Part shown: positions 24,376-38,800 of the stretch, in pieces
Layout of the letters: each line of letters begins with the position of its first letter
Numbering within the stretch: position 1 is the first letter of the stretch
From: Ruditapes philippinarum
Lineage: Eukaryota
Reading direction: 5' to 3'
DNA: 64,000 nucleotides
NCBI RefSeq assembly: GCF_026571515.1
Contig: NW_026862342.1
Location: 1-64,000, forward strand
Made by a program: the position numbers and the translations under genes
Notes under the pieces: model-generated
What the model saw: the letters and a program-made list of their open reading frames with translations, nothing else
The model's database searches: none
What the model was told of the DNA's origin: nothing

Positions 24376-27300
24376 GCATATCAGACAGAATTATTGGAGA
24401 GGTCATCAGACATCATTTGAAGTTAATAAATGTCATTTAAAGCCTAAAATCATTAGAATCGGTATATGAAAACGGTGGCTCAATTGAATCTATCCATCAG
24501 AGAGCATAAATTCACTATATATCAAATTTCGGGATTAATAATTCCATTTCTGGAAAGGGAAAAACTGAAACAGGAACATACCGTAAGTAAATATTGACTT
24601 GGCGTCTATTTCTATTATTCTGTATTTTATTAATTAGTTGCTTATTAAGGTAATTATTTGAACTGTAATGTATCAAAATTGAACAGCGTACACACGTACT
24701 TCAATCAGTTAAAACTTACGTACTTTTTTATCAATTCATGAAATGATCGTGAACACGCAGAGTCGCATTTCTGGAAAATACTTTTACGAATCTTTGAAAT
24801 GTTTGAAATGTTGGTAAGTGGCAAGGGGTTCCGAATCTAAACTTGAATGAGAACCATAATAAGACAGGAAACAAAAAAAACTGATCCGGGCGTGCTTCGA
24901 AACATAATAGCGAGGTGACCTGCTGGTACTGATTTCCGGTTTGCTCCAAAAATAACTGGACAGTAAACAAAATAAACCTTTAATGAAGAGCAGACAAAGT
25001 TGTCACCTAAAATTTTGATGTACTTCCGGCAAATGTTTTCAAAACCATCACTTTTGAAGGTACTCGAGTTTACCGTAATGCTCGCTGTTATATGTGTGGA
25101 TATGTTTCCTATCTCATTATGGTTCCCATTCAAATTGAATATACATGTATTAAAAAAACTTAGATTAAAATAGCTTAATAATAATAACAATAATAAAAAT
25201 TATGCCAATGATAATAATTACTATCTTTATTTAAAGGTGACACATGAAGATATACCATCGTTAAGAACAAATAACATATATTAACTGAAAATCTACATAA
25301 CACACACAAATACACACGCACACACGCACAAATCACCAAACAATAATAACTATTCCCCATTGCGTCAATAATTATTTGGTCCTGTAACAAACATAATTTT
25401 ATTTTTTTTGACAACGCACCTTTAAGATATTACATATCATTCATACTTTTTCAATTAAGAAATACTTTAACAAATATACAAGTACATGCATAATAAATAT
25501 TATAACATAGTAACACAATGACAGGGTTATAAATATATTTATTTGATCTGCAAGAAAGGCTTTTTAACAAGATGTCAGAAAATTAGTGAAACGGACTTTA
25601 AATGGTATTCTACTCCAAATCTTTGCACCGTTGTTACAAAAAGTACATGTATTTTACCATAGTTTGTGCGGTGTTTTTAGTATCACAATGACATGCTGAT
25701 TTTATATTGTTACTTTTATATTATAGCATAATGATATCTACAGATAAAGGCGTCCGCCATTTAGTACCCATCATTACAAACGAAAGACAATGAGAATCCA
25801 ATAATTCAGTATCGCTCGATTGGTAAATTTGTTGGTGATATCAAATAAGGTTATTACACTATTATTTACTATTTTATGTTCAATATCAAAATGCAATCAT
25901 TTGATCAACCTTATGCCAAACTGAAACATATAAAATAAAATATATTTCAGCCTAAAAAATCTGAAAATTATTTTAATGCATAATTATATAATAATTTTCG
26001 AATTTCACCGATTAAATTTACTTACTCAAAGTATCCTTTATATTTCAGATATACTCATTGCAACACATTTCTCTATTGATTTGAAATGTATTTATGTGAG
26101 TTTATCGTATATATGCATCGCAATAATGAAGTGCCTGCTTACCAAACCGTGGAAATACTGGTTGGGTTGATTGAGCTTGACTATAATATGAGTAGAAATT
26201 TATTCTGTCTTTTCACCAACCATTTTATTTATATCGATATTCTTTTTAAAGGAGCCCCGCTAAGGTCAAAACGTCTAAAATCATAAACTTTTAAATTCTA
26301 ACAAAGATCAAGTGAACCACTTTTAAATGGAAAAATCTGCAAAGTAAAATAAACAAAAATACTCAGAATGAAATTCAAAAATCATCAGTAAGTGCAATTA
26401 ACAGCCTGATTTGAGTGAAAAACGTTCATGTTGGTCTCATTTTGCACAAGAAAAAATATATGAATAAAAATGCACGGGAATGATTTGTTAATTTGTTGTC
26501 AATTTAATGATTCAAACCTATAAGAAATGGTTCAATCTTGGACAAATAGTTCAAGTCCCATTGTGTCAAAAACAACTCAGTGGTCATCTGGCATATCTAG
26601 TTTGAATGTCACATTGTAGGACGAAACGAAGCTTGAAATGAATCGAACATTTAACATAAAACACAAAAAATATTTTTGAAAGCTCGTGCATAAAATCTTA
26701 TATGCTTTTATATGCTCTGAATCGAAAATGTTCATAATATTAATTACTATGAAATAAGTGAAAAGAAACGTATACATTTACATAATTGCACTTATTATCT
26801 AACAAACGGAGAATTAAATAACTACTCTAAGAAATGATATTTTATTTTATTCTTACATTTTACATGTATTACTAAGTGATATGTTCAGAAACTACAGGGT
26901 ATCGTTGGGCCCATCTTTTAGTCGTGCCACCGACTTAAATTAACAAAAACACGCCCCCCCCCCCCAGAAACACTACACTGGGGCGATTTAGGGATACACG
27001 GAAGCGACAAAACCATAAACAGAAGCGACGAATGGTACTAAAACACAGAATTATTAACTGAGTAGGCATGGCGGCATCAAATGAGTTTGAATACGCATGT
27101 TCATGAGGAAACAGAATTGCGATATAAAACAAAAGCGGCAAGACAACACGCCGAAACTAAGACACGATACACCAAGGCGACAAGACAGCTCGAGAAAACG
27201 ATGACACGACGAAACAATACCCCAAAAGAAGCGACGATACTCGAGCCGCAGATACGCTGAAACGACAGGGTATTTAAGTGATGTCACGGCGGGACGGTAA

Positions 27301-28289
27301 ATAGCTAAAAAAGGAATTTTTAAAGACGCTCAAAACAACAAAATTGAAAATAATGCAGACTTGGTTTGATTGAGCCTGTTCATGGACAGTACAGTTACCG
27401 TCTACGACCCCTAGCAACGGCTTAAGCAGAATTTAACATTTAAACACGAAAATAGTGAAAGTTGTAATTTAGAAAACATTGCAGATGTGTTCATAAAGCG
27501 GTTATCATGGAACATTCAATGTAAAAATTTCTTGCCATTCCATAAAAAGTGGAGTATTGTCTCCAAGTGAAAGAAAGCGTGTGCAGTAAAAGAGGAAATA
27601 ATGGACATAACGAAACAGTACAGAGATGATGATTAATAAAGCGAAATGTTGATGCGCGGAAGCGATAATACGTAAAAGCGATGTCATAACGAGACGATGC
27701 AGCCAAGCGAGGAGACGAAAAGACAATGATTTAAGAAACAACACGATGTTAGGGCATGATCTTTATTTCGCGTTTTCGCATTGTCCTATCACTTAGCCCT
27801 ATCGTCTCGTCGTTTCGGCCTATTGTCTCGCCGTTTCGGTGTTTAAAGTGTATCAAAGGTCACCAATGCGAAGAAACAATGATCCAAACGTAACGTCCTT
27901 TGACGACATTGTTATATATCCTGTTCTTTTGTTTTCCTTAATCTATGTTTTTATTAGTCTCATATTCAAATTTCTTTTTTTTTTCATCACTCTGAATACG
28001 TATGCGTTTCTGTCCCTTATATATGCTCTCATTGTTGGGTTTGCAAAAGTTTTTACTAGCTATAAACGCTGTCTCATAAGTCTTATATCAAACGGAACAC
28101 GTGCGAAGCCTTCATGAAATCATACAAAAGATATAGGTCACTTCATTTTCCAATTACTTTTCATGTTTTCCTTTTGGTAGTTATCTGTAGTTACCCATTT
28201 TGCATTTTTTTTCAATGCATTATTGACTATCCTCAAATAAAGTGTTGATCGTCACATTTTCTTCAAGAAAAGTAATAACATTCACCACT

Positions 28290-29255
28290 AGTGTTTATAG
28301 AAACATACAAATTTGTATTGGTGCACTATTCATGGCTGGCAGTACTCTTGCATGTATCTTAAGACATTTATCCGAATCGTTGTCCAATCTCAGCTACCTC
28401 TTCAATTTTATCCATGACCTCTACTCCATCGGAAATTAATCATATTCAAAATCATATCTCTTTTGTACATTTCAATGTTCAGAGTATCGAACATTAACTT
28501 GATATCCTTTTTTTAGAACTCTCCGAAACTTGGCTCAAAAATTCTGTTCCAATAGAAGACTTATTACTTTCCTCGTATCATTCCCCTGAACGCAAAATTG
28601 CCCCTTAGGACTCTCATGGTGGAGTTATTTTGTACATTAAAGACAATATACACTACAGACGTAGAACACATCCAGAATAAAACAGGTAAGAATGTACTTA
28701 GATCGAGTTGATTCTTTGTAACAATCGACATATTCTCTTTAGTATCTTTTATCGCCCGACAAACTCTGCCATGTACAACAATCTAATTGTCCTTTGGTCT
28801 TGCCATTGACATCAATATACCTGACATTCAACCTGAATGTAAACTGTTATTCGTCAAACCGCAAAATTACATCCATAACTCAACAATTCAATCTTGAACA
28901 ACTAATCGATAAAACCAACACAATACACTTAAAATTCAAATAGTTTGATCGACATTATATTTGTTTAAAACAAAAACAATGTATATTTTGTTTTTCGAAA
29001 TTCTGTAAACCGCAACAAAGGTGTTTTGACCGCATTGTTTGGGAACATGAACATGCTGACTATGAAGCATTACGTGAAGATATAAATACGTTTGCACGGG
29101 AAAACTGAATTGATGCAGATGTTAACATATATGCCAATAACGTAATCAATCAGATACAAACTTTCGCTAAAATAACATCCCTAACAAATTGATTTAAGTA
29201 AGACCATTAGATGTTCTTTGGATGACAAATTCAATCAGAGTTAATATCCGTACAA
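28290..29255 (+). pseudogene. CR1-like LINE remnant (AP endonuclease region)
   Basis: YHSPERK..DSHGGVILYIKDNIHYRRR..EC..IEL..ILF.IFYRP.NS; many stops. The 3' part is also at 54815-55055. Confidence 0.7.
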
Positions 29256-30571
29256 CGGAGAGTACATAAAATATGCATGATTAATATTTGACAAATGAAA
29301 ATAAACAATAATTTATGTTGTTATAATTCTTCATTTTTATCTGATAATAAGAAATAAACAAATACAAAAAATATTACATACAAGAACAGTAGTACGTAGA
29401 TTGTGTTCATAATGTTAAAGCTTAATTATCAATTGATCAGAGTCTCATTTTATGTGAATTTTCCAAAAACATATCGCCGTCGTTCGTTTTAAAAACGAAA
29501 ATCATTTTGGTTGGAACTATGTCACATGTCATGATATCTTAATATTTTAAACTGTTTGTATTAAAAATATTGTATGTGCATAGTAGTAAAATTTAAAGAA
29601 TTATAACACAAACATATACAATTATGATACAATAACATTACATAAAACAGGATAAAAAGGGGTCACACATACTTCTGCAGATTTCTTTGTAAATTGTAAA
29701 AATAAAGAAAATTATTATGTAACAACACGTACAAGTACACAAGTTACTAACATGAATTAATTAAATAATTACACTTAGAAAAAGTGAGATAAGTCATGAA
29801 AAAACAACAAACGACGAAAAAGGTGAGAATTACAATTAATGTGCGATCATATTGAATTGTTTATATAAAGAGGGTCCGGAAGAAGAAAAAAAAGCTCGAT
29901 TTTAAGTCTAAAAAAATTTCTACTCTATGAACACTCAAAAATTATAGTAAAGAAAAAGTATAGATAGGAGCATAGTTATAGAACTCAGAGAACGAGATGC
30001 CATTGCGAGGGATAATTGAACAGTTTTGTGATAGTTTTCTATAAGAAAAGGAATTTTTACTTATATGTCAACATAAATTATGTTTATCTATTTTGTGGAG
30101 AAATTGATGTAAAGATTTGTGATGATGTTATACTTTTTTATCTTTAAATCAAACCACTCCTAAAGCTGATATAACAGTTTTGCATAAAATGGACCCCATC
30201 TTGGATTGTGAAGAGGTATGAAAGCGGAATTTTGTAAGAAAAAAGAAGGTAACACATGAACTTCAAATCTACATGTAAAAACACACACACCAAAAAAAAA
30301 ACACAGCATCAACAAACAATAACAACTATTCCATTGCGTCAACTATAATTTGTCCTCTAACAAACATAATTTGATTTGTTTGACAACACACCTTTTAGAT
30401 ATTACAAATCATTCATACAATTTTAAGTTACAAATAATTTAACAAATATACATGCATACTAAATATTATAACATAGTAACATAAGATTTATAAAGATGTT
30501 TACTGTTTTATCTGCAAGATGTATTTATATATTTTCTTAAGATGTCAAAGAATTAGAAGAACGGATTTTAA

Positions 30572-31219
30572 AGACCCTGTATGTTTTGTGATTGATATTG
30601 TTACTGTGTGTATGTATGTATGTATGTATGTATGTTGTTAATGCTTAATGAAGGTCCATCCGCCCGTAAGGGCACAATATGCAGCATGTGCTGTCGAGTA
30701 CTGACCCCGGACATGTCACCAGGCATGTCCTTAAAGAGTTAATTTTGAAGCACAAAGTGGTGATAATTTACCTCCATGCAATTTCCACGGAGTATTAGCC
30801 AAAGATATGAATTTTGAGCCAAAAGTAGGTCACTGTACGGCGGTCAATGAGAACCTAAATGAACAGTAACCTGTGACAATGTGTGTATGCACACACTTGC
30901 AAAAAAATTATATATGTATATAATTATGCAAATAAAACAACTTTCAAACATCAAAACATATGTAAAATGTGTACTGCAAATATTTGTGCACATTATATTA
31001 TAAATATAAATAAATTATATGCATTCATTTCTTATTTGAAAATTTGACTAAGAATTTGTAGAAAAAAAATTTCTAATTACCTCCCTTTATTTATATGAAA
31101 TGTTAAATTCTGTAATTTCTTTATAAATAATGCTTATTGGAACTTACAATATTGACAAATCTTAATTTGAGCATCATATTTATGAAATAAAACCATGAAA
31201 AAAATGTGTTACAGGATCT
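30572..31219. mobile_element. Kolobok-like MITE
   Basis: TIRs AGACCCTGTA / TACAGGATCT with TTAA on both sides; paralogous sites near 25598 and 57184 are empty. Confidence 0.75.
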
Positions 31220-33650
31220 TTAAATGGTATTCTATTCCAAATCAATCTTTGGATGCATGTACATAACTTTTATGCATAATTATATTTTAATTTACCGATT
31301 AAGTTAATAAAAATTTACTTACTCAACTTAACAGTCCTTTATTTTTCAAATATACTTGTTGCAGCACATTTCTGTATTAATTTGATATGTATTTATATAA
31401 GTTTACCGTGTATTTACAGTTCGCCAAAATTTGTCTGCCAATTAAATCGCTCTATTTTGTTTAGATTTTGCCGAAATATTTACCAAACAGTGCTTTAACA
31501 CAACTGTTTGTATTGAATTTATATGTTTAATGAGCCGAGTTCATGGACTCCGCCTATTTACATCATGTACTCGATTTAAATGGGCGGGGCTAACTGTCAG
31601 TCGGTTCGTTCGCTCTATAATTAATTTCTTATAACTATGTATAACTATAACCTTCACATATCGCAATAATGTAGTGGCTGCTTACCAAACCGTAGAAATA
31701 TTGGTTGGAGGTTGAGCTTAACTATAATATGAGTAGAATTTTACATTTCACTGGGACCATTTAACAATTATAAATTACAATATAACATTATATAATATTA
31801 TTAAAATTCCTGTTAAGGAAAATAATCAAATGATACACCGAAATTAAATTCATAAATCGTTAGTTAGTGCCAGTTATCAAAGTCTGATTTGGGAAGTGAA
31901 AAGCTTGTAACATTTTTCCTACCTTTTAGATCATTTTGCACAACAAGAAAAAAACTGGAAAAAAAACGTTCTGGAAATTTTGAAAAAATTTTGCTAACAA
32001 AGTTTTTGGTTCAAACCCCTTATAAGAAATGGTACACAAATCTCGATAAGATTTTGCAAGTCCCATCATGTCAATTAAAACTAATCTTTTTAAGAAACGA
32101 ACAGAAAGGCTTACCAGTTTGAATACGATAACGTACCTGTCTCATTTTGTGTAAATGGATTTGGGAAATGACTTTTTGAAATACCCATTATTTAATAAAA
32201 TTCCCTATTTTTCAATTTTTGGAAAAATTTTAAAATTATAAAACACAAAAAAGCTTTTTTGAAAGCCCCGTGCATAAAATTTTAATTTGGAAAACCTCAA
32301 TTTTTTCTGAACTTTTTCTTTTAAAATTTTTAAATTTTTAGAAATACTAGTAAGTGAAAAAAAATATACATTTCAAACGCATCCATTTTTTATAAAAAAA
32401 CAACTTTTCCGCATTAAAAACCATATCTGTGTCTTTTAAAGGCCCGTCCATGTTTTCCCCTTTTTAGGAACACATGTTTGGGAAATTAAAACTTGGGGGC
32501 CCAAAAATTAGGGAAAGGGCCCCAACGAAAGTTCACTTTGAAGGTTAAATTAAAACCCGCCGTTTTAGACAACCATCTGCGAATTTTTAAAAAATTTCAA
32601 AATTTAAACCTTTTCCGTGTTAAAACGATATAATTAAGTGGTGCGTACGCGATACTATCTCGTGGCAAGGAGTTACTTAGTTGTGCGCACGAGATAATCA
32701 GCCAATCAGATTACACTATAAATTTGAATTTTCTTAGTTAACTAGAAATGCACCATAGGACAATGCTGCCCCTATTTCATCTGCCTGTCAGAGTGCCATA
32801 TATACAAGTTATTGATTGGACAAACAACAGGCTATTCCTTTTCTCCTTTTATTATATTTTAACTGCAATCAACTTCTGCCACACTGCCACACTATTTTAA
32901 CCCTAGAATTAGAGCTTGTCCTCATGGTATCAAATATGATAAACAAGATCAACAAGGAAATGCGGCTTTTAATAAATGCAACCCCCACACGACCCAGCAA
33001 CAAGAAAAAGTTGCAAGGAGGACCCCAAAGAAAAACAGGACAGGGCGCAAGGCAAAGGGGAGCAATTTACATAAAACCTTTAAACCCTAAAGTTTAAAAC
33101 AAGACAACACCCCTTTAACTTTACAACGAGTGAAAAATGTCCCTCCCCCTTTAAAAAGTTGTAGGGGAACTTCCGTTCCTCTTGTGGCACCCCCTTAAAG
33201 GGCGTTTACACATAAACAAGTTTTATTTTTTTGTAATTTTTTTAAAAATTTCAGACATTATGTAAAAAAACGGAAAGCAGTTAGCTTAGCGATGGTTTTT
33301 TCCCAGTATCACATGTTTAAAAATATTGCCCGTTTCGACAATTTTATGGGAAAAAACCCCTGCGACGCATCACTCGGGTAGCCGGAAAAAAATGGAGACA
33401 AAATTCCTCCGGACCAAATTTAAAAAATTTTTTTTAAAACCGGTCGATTTTGGGACGTTTTGTGATTTCTAAAACCAAAAAGATGCCCCCCAAGTCTTTA
33501 AACGTAAATTATTTCTGAAAATCTTCATAAAAAACCCAAAAAATATACCCTTATTTGCTTTAATACTCGTTGTGAGCCACCATAACCTCGTTGTGAGCAA
33601 GACAAGCGCAGTGCGTGTCTGGTTTTAATATGTTATTCAGATGGTGAAAA

Positions 33651-33927
33651 AGGGGGGCGTCCGTGGCTGAGTGGTTAAAGGTCGTTGACTTCAAACCACT
33701 TGCCCCTCACCTCTTTGGGTTCGAATCCCGACAGGGACTTTGGATTCTTTCATGTGAGGAAGCTATCCAGCTAGCTTACAGAACGTCGGTGGTTCTACTA
33801 AGGTACCCGTTCGTCCCTGAAATAATGCACGGAAGGGCACCTGAGGTCTTCCTCCACCAGTAAAGGCTGGAACGTCGCCATATGACCTATACTGTGTCGA
33901 TGTGACGTAAAACCCAAAACAAACAAA
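33651..33927 (+). mobile_element. tRNA-derived SINE (probably Meta/MESC type)
   Basis: A box GTGGCTGAGTGG, B box GGTTCGAATCC, AAAC tail, 12-bp TSD AGATGGTGAAAA (33639-33650, 33928-33939). Confidence 0.9.
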
Positions 33928-34009
33928 AGATGGTGAAAATATAATTTTCAATCTACCAAAGCAATTAAAACGTTTTTGCACAGCAGCATTTCTTTGCAAG
34001 ACGTTGTGC

Positions 34010-34330
34010 ATATCCCGAAGGGAGGCCTATTAGTTTTGAACTGTCCGTCCGTCAGTCCGTCAATCCGTCCCAAAACTTTAAAATTGGCCATAACTTCCTC
34101 ATTAGTAAACGGATTTGATTCATATTTGAACACAACATCCCTTAGCCACAAGACCTTCCTACGGGCCTGTATTTTTTTCCTTGACCCTGAATGGCCTTTA
34201 CCTTGAAGGTCAAATTGTCCAAAAACATTTAAGATTGGCCATAATGTCCTTATTAGTAAATCAATTTAATTCATATTTAGGCACAACACCTCTTTGCACA
34301 AGGCCTTCCAATTGCAGTACTATTCTTTTC
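34010..34330. mobile_element. Helentron/HINE-like fragment
   Basis: Short palindromic head, (GTCC)n microsatellite, then two ~150-bp tandem units. Confidence 0.5.
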
Positions 34331-35885
34331 AGTGATTGGACATGGGATCGTTCAAGGAGAGACCGAAGCGAGGCATCAAGTATGTACTTGCCCTGGTCTG
34401 AAAAAGATAAGAACTACTAGAAAAACTGTCAGTGATGCATAAAAATCAAAAGAAAAGTTTTGGTCATGTCTCTTGCAAAAAACATTATTTTCAGTTAAAC
34501 ACACTGTAAAATTAGCTAACCCAAAATTTTACCAGTGGTGAAACACCTAAGAAGTCAAGAAGAAGATTTCTTAAAATGCCACTATTTCATGATGAAAATG
34601 CTATCTAAATGTCAAAACACAGACTGTCATGAGCTTTCTAGGAAAGACAGTGCAAACTAAAATCATGAAAAATGCTCGTGTACAAAGCAAACAAACGCTG
34701 AGAACTATTTGAATCTGTTATTATATGTGACTATCGTTTTTCGCGGAGGATTACTTATTTCGTGTATTGTAACTTTTAACACTTCACTAGTATATTCTTA
34801 GCTTAATAGATAATGGTAAACAAAAAAACTACTTATACCTACAATTTTGCAGATGTTTTGCTGTTTGTGCAAATAGTGGTGAACTAATAAGGGGAGGTAA
34901 ATTATGTATTTAATTGCATATACTTCGTGTTGCCAGAGTTAACATAGAGGGCAGTCTGTGTGTGATATAAACATGAATGTGTATTTATCCTGATTTTTAT
35001 TCATGTTATACTGGCCAAGTTATGTAGACAAAGAAGAACTATTGCACAGAGAAACTATTGTGCAAAAAACGTTTTGATTGCTTTTTGTAGATTGAAAATT
35101 GTATTCTCCCCACTTGAATTACATATTAAAACCAGACACGCACTGCGCTTGTCTTGCCTCACAACGAGGTTATGGTGCTCACAACGAGGATTAAAGCAAA
35201 AAGGGGTATATCTTTCCTTTCTATGAAGACTTTCATGTAATAATTTACGCTGAAGACTTGTGGGCATCTGTTTTAGGTTAGAATGCACAAAACGTCACCA
35301 GAATCGACGTTTTTCAATGTTAAATTTGGTCCGGAGAGAAGTTGTCTCCAGTTTTCCAGCTACCCCGAGTGACTGCGTCGCACGGTATTTCCATCAAATT
35401 GTCGACCAACAGGCAATATCTTTACATGTGCATACTCGGAAAACACATCGCTAGCTAACTGCATTCCGATATTTTTACATATAAATGTCTGTAATTTTCA
35501 AAAAATATGAAAAACTCACCTTGTTTATCGTGTCAAACGTCCTAGACGGGTGCTCACAACGAGGAACGGAAGTTGCTCACAACATTTTAACCGATGGACA
35601 TTTTTCACTCGTTGTGAGTTAAACGGGCGTGACAGATGGATAAACAGTATAACGACTATATGCTCATTTCATTTATTAATATTCATTCTTGCATTTAAAA
35701 AACAACTGTGTTTTTAAATTGGAAATAAATAACATGTTTATTTAGTAAATATTTCACTGAAATCATGCGTTTTTTTATCAACAAAACAGTAACGTCATCG
35801 AGTAATTATCAAATAAGCAAACTAATTATCAGCAAAATACACAACAAAACACAAATTGCTATGTTTTTATTGATAAAAAACAGTT

Positions 35886-38800
35886 TTATGGATAGACTCC
35901 AACTTCACACAATGTTAAATCAGTATCGCTGTATTTTTCTATCTTCACAAACTGTCCAAAGAGCGGTGTCGAGCACGAGATTTCGACAAGTTCTCCTTTA
36001 CCACCAGGACCCATAAATCTTCCACACTGTTTCATCTGACCCTCTTCATCCCCAACATTGACTGTCACATTGTTCAATCGTTCCGCTAAAAAACATAATC
36101 AATTCTATAAAAATTGAACAAAAACACACACTGAAGCATGATTCTCATGTATTTTATCATTGAGCAGAGATGTCTTTATATCTAAGGTCGTGCGCACGAG
36201 AAACTATGTCGTGGCCACGAGCTACTAAGTCGTGCGCGTGAGATAATTAAGTGAAGCACACGAGATACAATGTCTTGGTCACGTGTTATATCGAGTCGTA
36301 CGCTCGATATACTATGTTGTGGCCATAGTCGTATGCACGAAATAATCAACAAATCAGATTACACTATACATTTGAATTTTTATAGTTATTTAGAAATGCA
36401 CCATAGGTTTCCTTTATATGGCCCTTAAGACATGTATCAAGCTTAATGGGAATACATCCAATAGTTTCAAAGATTTATGTTCCATGTTAAACTTAAACCA
36501 GGAATTTTTTAATTTTAAAAACTAATGTATTTAAAATATGTATAGTGTTATCTGATTTGGTTAATGATCTCGTTCCCATGACTTAGTAACTCGTGGCCAC
36601 GACATAGTATCTCGTGTGCTCCACTTGGGAACTCGTGGCCACAACATAGTATCGCGTGCGCACCACTAAATTATCTGCTACCCATTAATGAGAAAATTTG
36701 CTGGATACCTCTCTGACTTTATGATTTAAATAATACGGCCTGGATTCAGACACACGGTCGCGAGTTACAAGTGATCCGAAGTCAATGAGATTAACTACTC
36801 AGCTACGTAGGCTGCACTGGTTAAGTTACTGTCAGTCAGTTACATATATACGCTTAGAAAGCAATTAATGAGCCGATTTTACCGACATTAAGATTTGTTC
36901 CCGGTGTGTACTCAATAGTTTTCTATTCTATATAGGAGTTAAAGACAGGTTACCTGTACTAATCGACATTGAGTCTCAATGCATGGATCCCTTACCTGTC
37001 TAATTATCAGATTAGCGGATACAATAAGAATTCATCACAACCTTTTTGTTAACAATAGAGCACACGTCAATGTTTCTGGTTAAATTTATTGTTATCCAAA
37101 TAAAAACACAAAGTAGGAAAAGCCACATTAACGTTCCGAAAGCATATATAAGTATATTCATATCTTACCACAACAATCACCTCTATTCAAAATTGTGATT
37201 CTTCTCACAAGTTTTGTGTGTTCTAAGTTGACCATCCACCAGTGATGTTTACTTCTTTGGAGAGTATGTGAGCATTGGAATTGCGTTTTACTTTTATCTA
37301 ACATATTTGAATTCCAAACTCCATCTACAGCATAATCCGACGATGCATTGCCTCTGATTTCCCTGTTTAATGTCGAGCTCTGGCTGGAAGGTTTGTGTGT
37401 TGCCAAATTATTCTGGGACATATCTTTAATTTAAAAGATAATCAATATTCTGTCTGTATATATGTAATCTTTAAAAAAATTGTAAAGTGCTTCATTTAAA
37501 CAGTCATAGAAGTCTTTGATATTTATAGTACACATCATAACTTTTATCTAAATATCTAACAGTAAATATGAGCGTTGTTACTTCGTGAATTATTCAGAAA
37601 AATATTAAATCGCAATATTATCTATAATTGTAAACAAGTAAAACAACTCGTCATGAAAACAACAAAGTTGTTCAACTAATGACTTATTACATCTCATTAC
37701 TAAAATAATTCAGCATGCATATAAAAACAATGAGAATAAGAAATGTCAAATGCCCTCTCTCTTTAAAAATAAGTAACCATTGTAACATTTTTAAATTATA
37801 TATAACTTTATATAATAAATTAATTGTTATTTAAAAGTTATTGAATAACGAGGCTTGAGGACCAAAATGGGCCCTATATTGCTCACCTTAGAATCACTAC
37901 ATGTATAAGACATATAATGGTCAGGTGGGCTAAAATGTATGTCATTGGGTACAAATATAGGGCAACTGATATCAAAGTTCAAACAGCATCTTAAAGCTAC
38001 ACTAAATAAATATGTTAATATATTTTTGCCGTCGGCATAAAAACCAAGCATTCTACAGTTTCATTAACCATTTTAACAGTATCGTTGTAAATCTCATCAA
38101 ATATTGTTCATAAATTAGGATTTTAAATGGAAAACCCCACGGTAACACTAAAGTTCGTATACGATTTTAACATGCAAATGAAGACTATAATCAGCTCGTG
38201 TATGCGCTACGTCACGGTGTTATAGTTGCTATCCGGAACACAGCAAATATAAGATTTTCTTGTGCAAACACACTTTTTACCGTTTAAGCTTCACGGTGCA
38301 CGAGGCCTGTGGTTCAGAAAAAATAATCATCTCATAAAACAGATTAAATTTGTATGAAAATATCCGTTACAATGCGGAAAAATACTGTTAAATTAGGACT
38401 GCTACTTATAGTCATGTTTGCTGATTTAATATTGATGTACGAATGATCCGAAGGCGGAGTTTCTAATGCAAACAGAAATTGTGCTACCGAATTCGCCAAA
38501 ATGAGGTTGCACATGTGTATGCTCATTAAACTTATTTCGGTTGTCTGGACACCAAAATAAGATCTGGAGCCGATATGAAACCTAATTTATTAATGAAATG
38601 TCGCTATTTCTTTTTTTATGAAATTTATTTAATGTAACTTTAAACTGTGGGCATAGTCAAAATTGCATAGCTGTAGCTATTAATATTAGTAAGTAGATCA
38701 CTCTGTCAATATCTTTATCAATTTTCAAATCTGCATCTAAAAATATAGATGTATTTCAAATTTCAATGTTGTATCTCTCATTACAGGAAACTCGGTCACG

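Larger units (their letters stand above)
33108..35631. mobile_element. Non-autonomous DNA transposon with ~560-bp TIRs and CAC..GTG termini (CACTA/EnSpm-like)
   Basis: 33108-33980 (excluding the SINE) is the reverse complement of 35060-35631. Probable ACA TSD; empty site CAAGATAGATGG at ~60009-60020. Confidence 0.75.

Noticed and set aside
33651-33735. Possible tRNA gene
   Set aside because: The A and B boxes continue into a SINE body with a tail and TSD, so this is a SINE head.
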